Origin: Laetmonice hystrix
Taxonomy: Eukaryota
NCBI GenBank assembly: GCA_965235115.1
Contig: OZ249436.1
Coordinates: 15,192,001-15,256,000 of the forward strand
Direction: 5' to 3'
Length of the DNA: 64,000 nt
The first letter of the stretch is position 1, and every line of letters begins with the position of its first letter. Shown one piece after another: positions 51,835-64,000 of this stretch. The translations under genes were made by a program, and so were the position numbers. Below the pieces are notes generated by a model, which saw only the letters and a list, made by a program, of their open reading frames with translations, was not told where the DNA came from and ran no database searches.

Positions 51835-54512
51835 CTTGTGATTAAGGAATTTTGTGTTAGGCTTGCTGTAGCATAGTTCGGTTGAGCTGAGTAGTCTTGA
51901 GAGAGTCCTGACGACAGGCCCATCCCACTGGAGTACGAACCCGAACTAAGCGCGTCTCTGTGACAGGGATCTTGGCGCGTTGACCGACCTCTTCCGTCAC
52001 GGTCCCCGCCAGACGGTGCTGTCCGCAGTCTGTCCGCCGAGCTCGCCGCTGACCGATCTCTTCCGTCACGGTCCCCGCCAGACGGTGCTGTCCGTAGTCT
52101 GTCCGCCGGGTTCGCCGCTGACCGACCTCTTCCGCCACACTCTCCGCCAGACGGTGCTGACCGCAGTCTGTCCCCCGAGCTCGCCGCCGGCCGGCTGGAG
52201 GTGAAGTGTGGGCTCGGCGACCTGGACTCACGTCCTGCCATCCTAGCACGGCAGGGTGTCCGACGGTCATCACTGACACGCTTTGACGTACTCGTGTCCA
52301 CATGCCGCCGTGGCTCTGCCCACTTGTCCGAAGTACTTGCACGGTGCTTGTGTGGTATCCAATTAGGACTATCTAAGTGCGACTTTGTTCGAGTTTGTGG
52401 TTGAGTAGGTCTTTGATTTTGCTGAGCCCTTTCAAGAGACGAGTGACCTTCAGCAGAATTAGTAGTGTAATCATCACCCCTGCTGCTGGACTGCCAGGGT
52501 TTGTGACCGTCTAAATGAGAGGCCAGTTTCGGAATGTCCTCAAACCGTGGCGGTGAGGACCACTCTTTTTCCTTGATCTCTGGATGCCTAGATCTACTTC
52601 TGCTCGGTACCGATTCCTTCTCCAAATTTGACCGTGGCAGTGTCTTCGGTGAGACAGATGTCTGTGCCCGAGATGGTGACCTTGAAATCGACCTTTCATG
52701 GACATCTTGCCGGGCAGATGACCTTGAAGTTGAAGCGGACTTTGATTGCGTCCTTGACGGAGGACAACGGCTCCTGTCTGCTTCGTGACCTTCCGACATG
52801 TAGCCAGATCGTGAATTGTTTGTGCCACTCTGCGGCAGCCGTCCTCCAGACGAGGGATTTATGAAAGGCGCCAGGTCAAACTGGTGATTGGGATGGGATA
52901 CTGAACTGGGATGTGGAACAACTGGACCAGAGCGTTCCCCCTGTCCTCCATACTTACTTAACAAGTAGTTCGTGTAGGTGTAATCCTTGAAAACATTTCC
53001 ATTGTCTTTTATTGGGGGACCCGAACTCGGAACTCCCGGATCATTACAAATGTCTGTAGCTTTAGAGGGCGGACATTTGTCGCATGGAACAGCAGACATT
53101 TGAGGGTCGCCATGTGGTGGAGTTTCACCCACTGAGGGATGGCTATTGTTTCTGGTGTGAATAGGCCTACTATGGCGGGACCCCATTGTCTGACTCTGTT
53201 GTGAAGAATAAGTCGGATTCCTGGAGGGATTCTTTTGTGAGATTTCAGTTCTTTCTGGTACGATACCCGTTTCCGCCAACTTTACAAAGTTACCTTTGCC
53301 AAGCTGTCCGAATGGTTTCCACTTGGTACTGGACCCATATTGACTTATATCATTATGTGACTCTACAGCAGCAGCCTTTACTACTCCGACTGACGTGAGG
53401 TTAAATTTCGATGGTAAGACTGAAGGCACTGATGAGTTATTCCCTGAAGAGGTAATAACTTTCTTTGACGGTCCATCTAAGAAATCTGGACGGATGGCAG
53501 GGTCTGTTGTCGTTGATGGCGAGAGGGGGCGCTCGAGTCGCGACCCCTGTGATTGGGACTGAATCTGATGACGTGACTCGTGCTGCATTTGCATGAAATG
53601 GTCAGTAGATGGGTCCATCTGACCGGACAAGTGCACCAAGTCGGTGTCTGACCTGTTTGGTCTCTTTGACCTTGCGGTCTGCCCGCCGGTGGTTTCGGTA
53701 CGAGACGGGGTGGGAGTTCTCGGAGATGGAATGGGAGAACACCTCCTTGACTCGGGGCTTGGGTCACGGGCTTTGATCAAGAGGTTCTCCACATGGTCCC
53801 GACTGGTGTAGGCGTCTACAAACATCCCAAGCCTCTTCCTCCTGAGCTCAGACGCGTCCAAGCTCTCAATGTCTGACCGGTCCATGAGCTCATGAGGAGC
53901 TAGCCCCCGCCGTGGGGAGGAGGGCGACGAGTCCCGAGACATCTCCCTCGGAGACGGAACTGCTCGCAGTGTTATCTCTCCTACATCCCGCACATCGACG
54001 GTGCCCATCACAGGGCAACTGCTGCTTGGGTCGGTGCAGACACTCTTGAAGAGCTCATCAACTGCATTTTTCTGTGGGGAGTGTGTGTAGGTTGTCCAAG
54101 CAGACGTTGGCGAGTCCTGACTGTGAATGCTGGGCCCCAGAATCTGTGATGGGTCGACCTCCCCGACCAGCTTTACCTTGATACCAAGCTCCGACTGGAT
54201 ACGAGAGGCCAGCGCCGAGATGTGGCGGTGGAGGGAAACCTCCGTATCTCCAATAGATGGCGCCACCTCGGCTCCCGGGTCTGTGGAGTCGGGGGATACA
54301 CTCACACCTCGGTCCGTCATGGACCTGAGAATTTCGACTGCATCCGACATTTTTGCCCTCGTTTGCGGCTCTGTGGCTGTTAGTTCACTCATGTCTACAG
54401 GTTGGTTTGCAGGGGTGATGTCTGATGTCCCTTTAGTATCCTTATCAAAGACTAAGTATCGTTCCATCAGCGACAGACCTTTCTTCATGTACTGATACTC
54501 GTCCCGCAACAT
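51835..54512 (-). CDS. Very large internal coding exon (2678 bp), Ser/Pro/Arg-rich, probably disordered
   Basis: Uninterrupted 901-aa ORF. Acceptor ctttatctctgtag|ATG (phase 0) and donor ACAAG|gtatgt (phase 2). Confidence 0.88.
51982..52188 (-). repeat. Coding 69-bp tandem repeat x3 (23 aa, ADRLRTAPSGGDRDGRxRSAASS-like)
   Basis: GACCGA(C/T)CTCTTCCG recurs at 51982, 52051 and 52120, in frame in the exon. Confidence 0.9.
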
Positions 54513-54790
54513 CTACAGAGATAAAGGCATTTCGTAAAAACAACGGAGATGGAGTTTTAAAGATCTAATATCATAATCATAGTTGAAATTTGACTTCTTT
54601 GAGTCATATTGGCTACGCGATTAATGTAATGATGATTGTGTCACCAGGAGCACCTGGTCTTACAAACATGTTGGTCATATCGCGTACACAAAACTCATTT
54701 TCATATGATGATATCCATGTAAATGACAAAATATGGTAGATATAGATTTTTAAGAAACGTGCAGATTATGGAGAGTGTTTGCGCCCTGAC

Positions 54791-54904
54791 CTGGATTTCA
54801 TTTTGGAGCAAGGATCTCTGGCCGGCCATGCCAACGAGCAAAGATTCTAGGTCTGTCACCCCTTCTCTACCGTGGCGGTAATGTTGGCGCAGCTGCCCCA
54901 AGTT
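54791..54904 (-). CDS. Internal coding exon, 114 bp (NLGQLRQH...LLQNEIQ), coiled-coil-like
   Basis: Acceptor cttttcctgcag|AAC and donor CAG|gtcagg, phase 0-0. Confidence 0.82.
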
Positions 54905-55523
54905 CTGCAGGAAAAGATAACGGCATTATTTTGGGAAAATGTTACGCCTAACATTTTATACAAGCATTAAACTGTTCGTACAAGTAATAAAGTTAATATA
55001 ATGGCCTCCTTCAAAACCAATAGCCAAAATATCAGTTTCCTATTATAATTAATACATCCGTTCGCATGATTGGACGAAATATACCGGCACAAAAGGGGAT
55101 ACCATTTTGTAAATTAGCAAAAGTGTACGGGTGCACTGAATAGTCTTATTAAGTGCTGCATGCCTTTAAAACTGGGTGATTTATTTTTCTCAAATGACAA
55201 TTGTTATTTTAGGTAGGTGAACTATTCTCGGTTAGATGTGAGGTGTGTAACCTTGACTTATTGAGGTACTTAAACGTAAAAAGAGGCCTCTCGTCCCTGA
55301 AGGTGTATTTATGTTAAGTAACTACATGTACATATGAATGGTGACGTATTGACCAGCCCAGTTGGCACGTGACAGCCACTGCCTATTTCTAGTTCCAGCT
55401 ACATACTTCCATAAGGTATCTGAGGAAAAAGTAAGAAAGACCACCTACTGCATGACCTTAGACTTCACTTCTCAATGCCCTTCACCTGAAGTTAGTATAA
55501 TTTCTAGAGAAGCTAGCACTGAC

Positions 55524-55811
55524 CTTCAGAAGTTGACTGACCTTGGCAAGTTGGTCTCTCTCATCCTTGACGTTGGCCAGCTTTGATTTGAGGAGAATGT
55601 TCTGCTCCTCCAGCTCATTGACCTTGGCCTGCCCGATGTTGACCTTTGTGTAGGAGTTGACGGTGGCCGACTCGAGTCGCGCCACCAACTGTTGGTTCTG
55701 TTCTTGTGCTGAGATCAGTGTCTGCTCCAGGTCACTGACCTTCTGGTGTAGGAGGCTGACGCCCGCCTGGTCACTATGGCCACCACTCAGAATTTTGGCT
55801 TCCACCTTAGC
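55524..55811 (-). CDS. Internal coding exon, 288 bp (AKVEAK...VSQLLK), heptad-rich coiled coil
   Basis: Acceptor ctcctctcctcgatactag|GCT and donor AAG|gtcagt, phase 0-0. L/E/Q/K heptad pattern. Confidence 0.85.
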
Positions 55812-56063
55812 CTAGTATCGAGGAGAGGAGATCACAGTTAGGGCCTATACATATTTAAGTTCCATTCTGAGATCAAGGACAGAGGATAAAGGGTAATGGT
55901 GCAGTTTAAATTGAACCTTTCATGTATCGACAGTTACAGTATGTATCTTTTCCAGCTTAAACCCAATGCCATTTTTACATTTACATTTTCTTTATATGAG
56001 AATACTACAGTTTATAAATAGTGAACCGCCTGTACATAGGGTTGTCAAAGGTAGTGCCCGTAC

Positions 56064-59000
56064 CTGTTTCAGTTCGGTTTTGGAGGCCTCTAGCAGGTCC
56101 GCCCACTCCTCTAGCCGTGTTGCCATCTCCCGCTTGGTTTTCGCCATCTTTGACTGGAGAAGGTCATTCTCCAGCATGGCGCTAGCCAAGCTTCTCTGAA
56201 GCTTCACCACGATGGGGTCAGAAGTCAGAGCGACAGTGGAAAGTCGCTGCCACTTCTCTGGTCCCTCATGCTCTTCATCAGTGTCCACGGACTCGGTCGC
56301 TGAGTTTTCCATTGTTGGGGACTCTCTCTGAAAGCTTGGGCTGGGAGTCATCCGGGTGAAGAGTTTATCAATGGCTTGGTTGGCCTTCAAAGGAGCCGGG
56401 TAGGAGGGCGCTCTCACCGCAGGGCTTCTGGAACTGACCTGTGGTTGGTGGGTTAAGCGCTGGGATTCTTGTTGTCTGAAGTTGTGCCATGGGTACCGGG
56501 TGTCAGGTTTGATGGGTTCTTGGAAAGGGGTTCCGAGTTTAAGTGGGGCTGGAGAGGGCAGTGAGGGTGGAGTCTCAGTGGTACCAGTTGCTGGTCCTAT
56601 CCTCATCACCTCCCCACATATCCCGTCACCGGCACCCTTCTCTTTACGTTCGCCAATAGTCGTGGCCCGCGTCGAGACATCGACAGATGACGTCATGGAC
56701 AGCGTCTCCTGACTTGACATGGCGAGGACCCCACGGTCGACCAGCACCGTCACGGCTGACTGGGTCCCTGTGGTTCTGGTCAGGAAGGCTCGGAACACCG
56801 GGTCACAGGTTGTCGTCGTCACACACTTTGTAAAGTGCTGCCCGCATTGCTGGACTCCAACATCAGCAGTGTTAACACAAACACTCTGAGTCCCTCTCTG
56901 TCGCAAGCTGAACATGGAACTTCCCACTTGAAGCATTTTAGGTTCCATTCTCGTTTTTTCAGTGTTGGTAGCTTTATTTACTACCATGCAGGACCGCCTT
57001 TCTAAAGTTGCGTTAATTTTTTTCAGATCTGTGTTTTCCCACTGGAGAACGTGAACCCTGTCTTGTAATCCATCGAGTGCCTCCTCCAGCTTCCTTACAA
57101 CGTCCTGGTCCTTGTCACTTCTAGATTTGACCTTTGAAAATTCTTGCTGCAGCTTGTCATTCTCTGTTCTTACCATCTCAATCTCCTTCTCCAATAGGTC
57201 AATATTTTCCACCATGTTGGCGTCGCCCGCTGACTTCTCCTCATGGAGACATAATTGCCGTTTGTACGAGGTCTCAAGTTCCTTCCTCATCTCTTTCCCG
57301 CAATGTTCTATCCTCTCCAGCAGCTTAAGTAATTCGTCATCAGTTGGCGACCAGTCAAACGTTGAGGAGGAGGAGCCAACTGACAGCATGCTGGAGTTGT
57401 TGCCACCGTGTTGAGGGCTTAAGTAACCAAGGGAGTCTGAACAAGGTCGGACGTCACAGCCACTGACGCTGGGGCACCCCTCGGAATCTGTTTTCTCCAG
57501 CTGCTCCACCACTGTCGCCCTGACCGCTTCGTTCACCCCGGCATCAGCCGCGGCATATGGCCCTGCAGTCTGCAGGCCTTCGACCACCTCCCTGCACTCA
57601 ATCACCTGTCCTGACCCATGCCCGTCTGCCGGGGCAGAGTACTGAGAGTATTTTGTAATCCAGTTATGGATTTCACTCTGGATGTCCACTTCTATTGTAC
57701 CGTCCTCATTCTGAACCATTTTACTTAAATCAAACCCGCTCGGGTCTATCTCCACCGTGATCTCCTGATCTCCCTGACCCGGGATGGAGATGGGGATAAA
57801 CATATTGCTCATGTCAATGATGAAACCTCCATCCTCGGTCGGGATACCAGGTACTTCCATTGTGATCACAATTTCTTCCTCAGAGTCTTCCAAGTCGGCC
57901 CGTGTGTCTATGACTCCATCAACACTTGTGTTTGAAGAAAAGCTTCGGTCACTTCTGTTGCAATTGAACCTGATCTTTTCATCAGGTTCGTTGTCAGTGT
58001 CTAACTCGGATGACCTAGCTGAACAAGCACCTGTTTTCGGGTCATTTTGGTGGGCCTTAGTTCTAAGTTCTTTAGAATGTAGTTGAGAATCCTCACCCTT
58101 GTTAGCACCTGTTACAGGATTGGATGATATACGATTATTGTTATCATTGCCAGTATGTTGGCCACTGTCACTGTGAGGAAAGGCGGGCTGGGGTAAGTGA
58201 GGGAGAGAAGAGGAGCCAGGGAGACAGGGCTTACCGTCTCCTCCCTCTGAGGTGGCGGGTCCAGGACAGGACCAGTCCTCTTCCGAACTGCTGCAGGCGT
58301 CCACATCGGCCAGGTCCAGTCTAAGGTCCAGGTTGTCCTCCTGACAATAAACCGCCCCTACCTCCTCCGTCTCCTCAGAGACGTTATGAAGGTCCTCCAG
58401 GCTCACCGTCGGCATCTGTGGAATGAAGAAACCTCCTTCCGTTGGAGACGACCTGCAGTCGGTACTGGAAGCCGGCTGCTCGTGAAGGTGCTCCTGAATC
58501 TGTTGGTGGAGCGCGCTGAGGTTGACAGAGTCTGCCCCGTCACCTGTGGCGGAGCCAGTGCTTGGAGCCGAGTCATACTGCACGGAAAACTCCATGTCGT
58601 GGCCCGAGGCCGCCTTCAACTCCTTCATCAGGTCCTGGAAGTCCGCACCCAGTACATACTCATCCGGTGGGGCTTCCTCTATTACGTTGCCATCCTCATC
58701 TTCCATCACAATTTCAAACTCTAAGCCATGCTGGGCAGCAAGCTCTAAAAGTGACGGGTGAAATGGAAGACCTTCATTTTGAGCTGCTATAAGGAGGTCC
58801 TCAATTTCTTCCCTGCTAAGGTCAGTAATATCCACTTCTATTTCCTCCGTGTCCCTGTCAGGGATACTGGCATTATCAGGTAGAGTTCTGTGTTGAGAAT
58901 CACAATCTCGCGGGTCAGTCTGATCCGTACTTGGTGGACCACTGACTGTGTCAGCTTCACCATGATAAACAAGCCTTGGAGTACTCGGAATCAGGAGTTC

Positions 59001-59567
59001 ACTGCTGGTACCCACTTTAGTCTTTGCCTCTTGGGTTTCTGGAAGGAAAGGTACTGGCGACAGCCAGGCTTGGCCTAGGGTCGCACCAAAGGCCCTTTGC
59101 CCTCCTGACAACGGCCCTTGATCGGACTTAATTTTAGAAATGGAATGTCCATTAACTTGAGTCTCCAATTGTTCTTCTATCGCTTCCACTGAGACTCTAG
59201 TGGCCCCACTACCTTCTGGGACCCTGCCTTCCCCTGCTTCATCATCACCAGCAGGGTGAGCAGGTTGAGACTCATCATCGCTCTCACACCCTTCAACACT
59301 AACCTCCATATGCTGCCCATTCTCTGTCCCACCAGAGTGCCCAGCCAGAGCGTGTTTGTCCCTGGACTGGGAGACCTCCTGGCACAGTCTCTCCACCTCC
59401 TCTGCTTCCTCCAGCTCCACCAGCAGCGGCACATTCCGGCCGCGGCCTCCGCCGTGAGGACTGTAGTGTATCGGGTGCTGAGGCCACAACATGAACGACT
59501 CAGAGTCAGGTTCCTTCCTTGACGCATCTGCTGTACTTTCTGCGGATTCTTTTTCATCACAAGATTC
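56064..59567 (-). CDS. Very large internal coding exon (3504 bp, 1168 codons): acidic disordered region, coiled coils and a TQT-like motif cluster
   Basis: 1193-aa ORF. Acceptor ccctgttgcag|GAA and donor CAG|gtacgg, phase 0-0. Confidence 0.9.
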
Positions 59568-59729
59568 CTGCAACAGGGAGAGTCAACATCAGCATTTAGT
59601 CCATACCACTGGCTAAACCTATCAGTCCATTGACAGAGGGGTCTTATTTTCTTGTTTAATCAGATCTGTATGTATGTTTAAATTTAAAAGATTCCCTGGT
59701 TGCCTTGACAACACGGCATGAAAACGTAC

Positions 59730-59789
59730 CTCTGAGGATGACTCCTGGACGATCTCAATTTCGATAGGGCCAAACTGTTCTTGAAGGGA
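59730..59789 (-). CDS. Internal coding exon, 60 bp (SLQEQFGPIEIEIVQESSSE)
   Basis: Acceptor catctttgatgcag|TCC and donor GAG|gtacgt, phase 0-0. Confidence 0.75.
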
Positions 59790-60721
59790 CTGCATCAAAG
59801 ATGGATGCAAAACATATAGGTCATTCACAGCCTTTTAGCAATTAAAGTACTCAGTATAAAGACCAATTCTTTAACCATGAGACCTATACTTATAGTGTTG
59901 AAATACTATTACTGAAAAGCCAGGGATCTGTTGAGGCAAATACATACATCGGGATGACAAGTAATGGCTAATGTTCATTAGAGGCTTACGGTTTCAGAAG
60001 TAGTAACCCACTCGAGGCCTACCAATTGCATAACATGAACTTAATCTCTCCTAGAGTTTATGAGCAGTCATTAATTGTGAAAAACTGCACCACTAAATTT
60101 TGTATTAGTTTCGATGGATCAGACTGGACCATTTGGAATGCGCGGCAGAAGGAAGGTTGTTTTTTTTTGGGGGGGGGGGGGGTAGGGCGGCTCCATGCAC
60201 TCACATGGACAGACCGAACTCGTATCAATTACCACCAAGATTCGGTGTGGTTTTGTTACCGCAACAGGAATGTTTTTTCTTACTTACAATTAACCTTACA
60301 GGGGATTGAAACACTGATTTACTACGGGTGGCACGTATTTCGTGATCAAAGGCTGTCGCCAAACACGGATACGCCGCCGTGAATTGATCTCACGATTAAA
60401 AGCCGGCGTCCACTCTCCCGATCTACAACCGATTTCCCATCCAATAATTTTAAAAATCTATCAAAAATTGTGGGACAGCGGGCCCCGCGTGTCAGGACCA
60501 CTTTTACCGTCCGTGAACGCCTGAACAAGGGGTAAAGACCTAAAGATATTTTCACAAAATGCAAATCGGGCAAGAGCGTTGTCGGGACTGTATCATTGTA
60601 ACATATGCACACATATATACTAGTATCTTTATTTGGATTTCCGTGCAGAGCTATACGAGAATGGGGAACAGAAAGGGGCATGCATGGAATCTGTAAAAAC
60701 GAAGATGTGTTAACTTCCTAC

Positions 60722-60961
60722 CTGAAGCATGGCTGCCGTGACGGGCTGCTGGCCGATCATGGCCACGAGATCGGCAGGGTCGACCACGGTCTCAGCAGGG
60801 GGTAGATCCGGGGTCCCGTCTGACTGAACGCCACCCTCCCATTGACTGGTGACCTCTGTCAGGGGAGAGTCGGGGATCCCGCCTGACCGTGTCCCACCCT
60901 CCCACTGACGGCTACCCCCCGCCTGACCAGCCAGCGAGCCCATCTCATCTATTTGTTGACT
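60722..60961 (-). CDS. Coding exon, 240 bp (SQQIDEMGSLAG...VTAAMLQ), with a 21-aa internal duplication (QWEGG.. x2); the most 5' exon I can support
   Basis: Acceptor tctttctgtttgttctcag|AGT and donor CAG|gtagga, phase 0-0. GC-rich relative to its flanks. The start codon may be at 60943 or in an upstream exon. Confidence 0.72.
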
Positions 60962-62887
60962 CTGAGAACAAACAGAAAGACTGTCAATAAAATAAGATCA
61001 GGAACACTTCACATGATGCAATGGGATACGGAAGTTTTAATAGGTCTGTAGGCCTACTGTAGAGTCTACACACCGGCACCAGACAGATTGTCGCACCCCC
61101 TCCGCCTCTTTAAAGTTGGAGGTGTGGCGATCCATCCCGACCCCTAAGGTCGGCCATGCACTCCAGGGTCTGGGAACTTTTCCCCCTGATCATGAGGCCA
61201 AAATCGCCACTGTGGCTAGCTTTCCGCTGGGGTTCTCTATATCTGTTTATATAGCCTACTCATGGGTGAGTATACATGTAATATTCACTTATACGAATGG
61301 CACAGCGGTAAATCACCTCCCCCACTAAGCAGGATTATGAGAGCTTGGTAGAACATTCGGATTAAATCATTCAATTAAATATCCTGGAATGGATTTTTTC
61401 CCTGTCTTTAAATCAGAGATTGAGGTCTTAGAAGTATGATGTCATGACGTTTCCGCTCTGGTAGGCTTCAGGTAATATGATTCACTTTATCCTCTTGTAA
61501 ATATTCGTGCACATACATTAGATATTCGTTCTGGTGGAGGTTACGTAACGTGCGGCCAACGTGCAGACAAAGAAACTTTTGGGTGGTTAGTTTAGTCTAC
61601 AGACAATAACGGATGCCATAAAGATTTAATTTTCTTTCAACAAAACGTAAACTCCCAGGCCAGTTGTTATCCTGTATGTCAATGATCATAAACGTACAAC
61701 ATGTCACATAGCTGTGCTGATCGCTTGCAGTCTAACGCCTTGGTCTGCCGATCCTCTGGGACATGTTGGTTCATGCATTCAATCTGCTTCATCGGACAAA
61801 CTTAATACAACTTACCGTAGTTCCTCATAATCGACACCAGGATTTAAGCTTCTTCAATGTATTTTATTGTTGCAAATATATCGCCTTTCGAATTCTCTTC
61901 TTTTATCCTCCTACGTATTACCGACACCATTTCCAATTAATATCCATTCACAGATCTTAACTGCATGCTTCAAATACAGTTTCATACTTTTATCAAAGTA
62001 TAACGTTACTAGGCCTATAGGTACGCAATTATGTCAGTCTTTGTCAAATTTCACCATTTCAACAAATTTCTTCTTAATTTCCTATCTGTGATTCGTATTA
62101 CATTTTGTGACATTTATAGTAAAATGTGACAAGTTTGTATGTTATGCATGGATCGCAGCAATTTTCCATGTGCCAATTATACCCTGGTATGTAAAGTATA
62201 TATGAAATAGATAAAGCTCCCAACGCCATTCAAAGCCAGCAGAGCTCAACCGTTCAAGAGGCCAGAAAATCTCTTTGGAATGGTCTGCAGGTGTGTGTTT
62301 CAACTTACTTTTGAAGGGCGGCCTTCTGGGGCATCCATGCTGTGGCATTACGCTTGAGTTCCCCTGTCGTGGATCTAGCCCTATAGTTAGGCACATCTGA
62401 ACTCAGCACAGACTGAGAGTGAAATATATCACAGTTCCAGGTTTCTCCAGGCAGGGCAGTCTTCCTTGGTCATCTATGCCGACTACATGTACATGTATGT
62501 CCATAGCATCACAAATTCTGAATTCGTCGCTTTCAATTCAAGTGCGTCTTTGAATCCATATATCGACAACGTATATGTTTGCTTAGAACAGACATGACAA
62601 TGTAAACTACAACATGTACTACTGTCCACACAGTGATCACTCACCTCCCTATTCAGTGGGCTCTATTCAATCACGTATCAACAAGCCGGGGCATGGTATA
62701 ATCTAGGATCCTGTTCCCCAATAAAATATATGGGAAATACATGTCCATCAAATAGATACTCGTAAATCGTATGTCCTCTCACTGTAGACCGTTCCAGTCA
62801 TAGGTTCTCATTTTCATCGTCACCAACCGAGGCCTAAAATGTATATCGGTAGGCCTATACTATTATGCTACCTCTCGCAACGGGACC

Positions 62888-62937
62888 GATTGGGCCAATC
62901 AATCTGTCACCAAATAGCCAACGTTACCGTATAAAAA
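62888..62937 (+). promoter_or_regulatory. Candidate Pol II promoter: back-to-back CCAAT boxes and a TATA-like box
   Basis: GATTGGGCCAATC at 62888-62900, TATAAAAA at 62930-62937, and a donor-like CAG|gtatgg at 63018/63019. Motif matches only. Confidence 0.3.
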
Positions 62938-64000
62938 GGCACTCGAGAATTCTATGTAAAAGGATATAGAATTTGGCGATTTGTAGCCGGCTTGGGCAGG
63001 TTCTACCTGAGATTACAGGTATGGGGAGGCCCCAACATCAGGTGCGTTATCCCGCCACACCACCACCTGGCTGCCACGACACGGGGTTACATAGATCCGG
63101 ATGGAGTCCGCCATCCTTGTGGTATTCGGCTGCTGGATCCTGGGCACATCCCGTCTCATCGCTGTCAATCAATGCTGGATCAATGCCCCCCGCCGGCAGC
63201 CAGGTGTACCTTGATCACACAGGTCAAGGTGAGCAACGTGCCGAACGTGTACCTGAGGTGATCCCAGTGGCCGCCGAACTAAAGGCATGGTACCCGGGGG
63301 GATACGCATATATCACACGTATAGGCTATAACATGGCACAGCCCAGTCCCTGTGTGAACAGGCTTTATACTGTTTACACTCACTCACACGCACTCCGAGT
63401 AATCACTCTCCAGTTTATCCATGAAATACAAATACAGTAAGGGCTGTCTCCATAAAGTTCCAGGTTTATATATGAAGGTGCGGCTCTTCGGCTGGTTCTG
63501 GTAACAGTTCTCCCCGCGATGATAACTCTTGCAATCCCAGTTTATAGACGGGCAGGTGAGGCGGTGAACCATTCAATAATTCCTCCAGTGGATTGCTGTG
63601 CCTTTCCTTCTCCAGGCGACGGTTAAAGTTATAGGCTTACACCACCCACATTATGCCCTCGGTAGCTGTAATGCCAACATGGGAGCTAACAATGTTAAAA
63701 CACGGTAAGCACCTGTGTTCTGACAGTATTAACAGCAGCTCAAGTGGCCGTGAGACTATTACAGGGACCGAGTCCCACCTGTAACGGGATGGCAGTGAGG
63801 GAGGGTGGTCGGTGTCGGACCAATGAGTCGGTTTGTACCATTCGTCCAGTTTAGACCATGTTAGTGAGAACTTATATTATAGCATAAAAATATATAACTC
63901 TATGCATGGTCGGCTTCTTCTTTTTTTTTTCTTTTTTTTTTATACATTGTCCCTTTCCCATAATAAAACGGGAATCGGAAATTGAGTACAATAATAACAA

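Noticed and set aside
52200..59522. Plus-strand and alternative-frame ORFs overlapping the large exons
   Set aside because: Shadow ORFs of GC-rich coding sequence with no independent support.
60289..60536. TTAACCTTACAGG ... CCTGAACAAGGGGTAAA as a possible piggyBac-like relic in an intron
   Set aside because: The inverted match is too poor and there is no intact TTAA duplication.
62973..63440. 155-aa plus-strand ORF
   Set aside because: It starts at a non-ATG codon, shows no recognisable homology and has no consistent exon chain, so it is not called as a CDS.

Overview
Eukaryotic genomic DNA, probably from an invertebrate animal; the species cannot be determined from the sequence. (1) Positions 1-47.1 kb are a head-to-tail satellite array of about 52 monomers (mostly 836-864 bp). 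Each monomer has a GC-rich, dyad-rich part and a part built from 18-bp subrepeats. Monomer variants occur in ordered higher-order repeats. One 593-bp TIR element with a 9-bp target-site duplication inserted once and was co-amplified five times with the array (22.9-39.5 kb). The last 3-4 monomers are degenerate and carry a second, Harbinger-like MITE and two small insertions at TA sites. A (GTAA/ATAA)n microsatellite cuts off the array. (2) Positions 48.0-48.7 kb are a 57-bp minisatellite with an open Cys-rich frame. (3) Positions ~50.0-61.0 kb hold a minus-strand spliced gene with seven phase-compatible GT-AG exons, two of them very large (3.5 and 2.7 kb). It encodes an unrecognised protein of at least ~2,490 aa that appears mostly disordered, with coiled coils and a cluster of LC8-type motifs; its 5' end is unresolved. 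The many short ORFs in the satellite are repeat artefacts. No prokaryotic system, CRISPR array, rRNA or tRNA was recognised. I found no clearly new biological system; the most informative signals concern satellite and transposon evolution.
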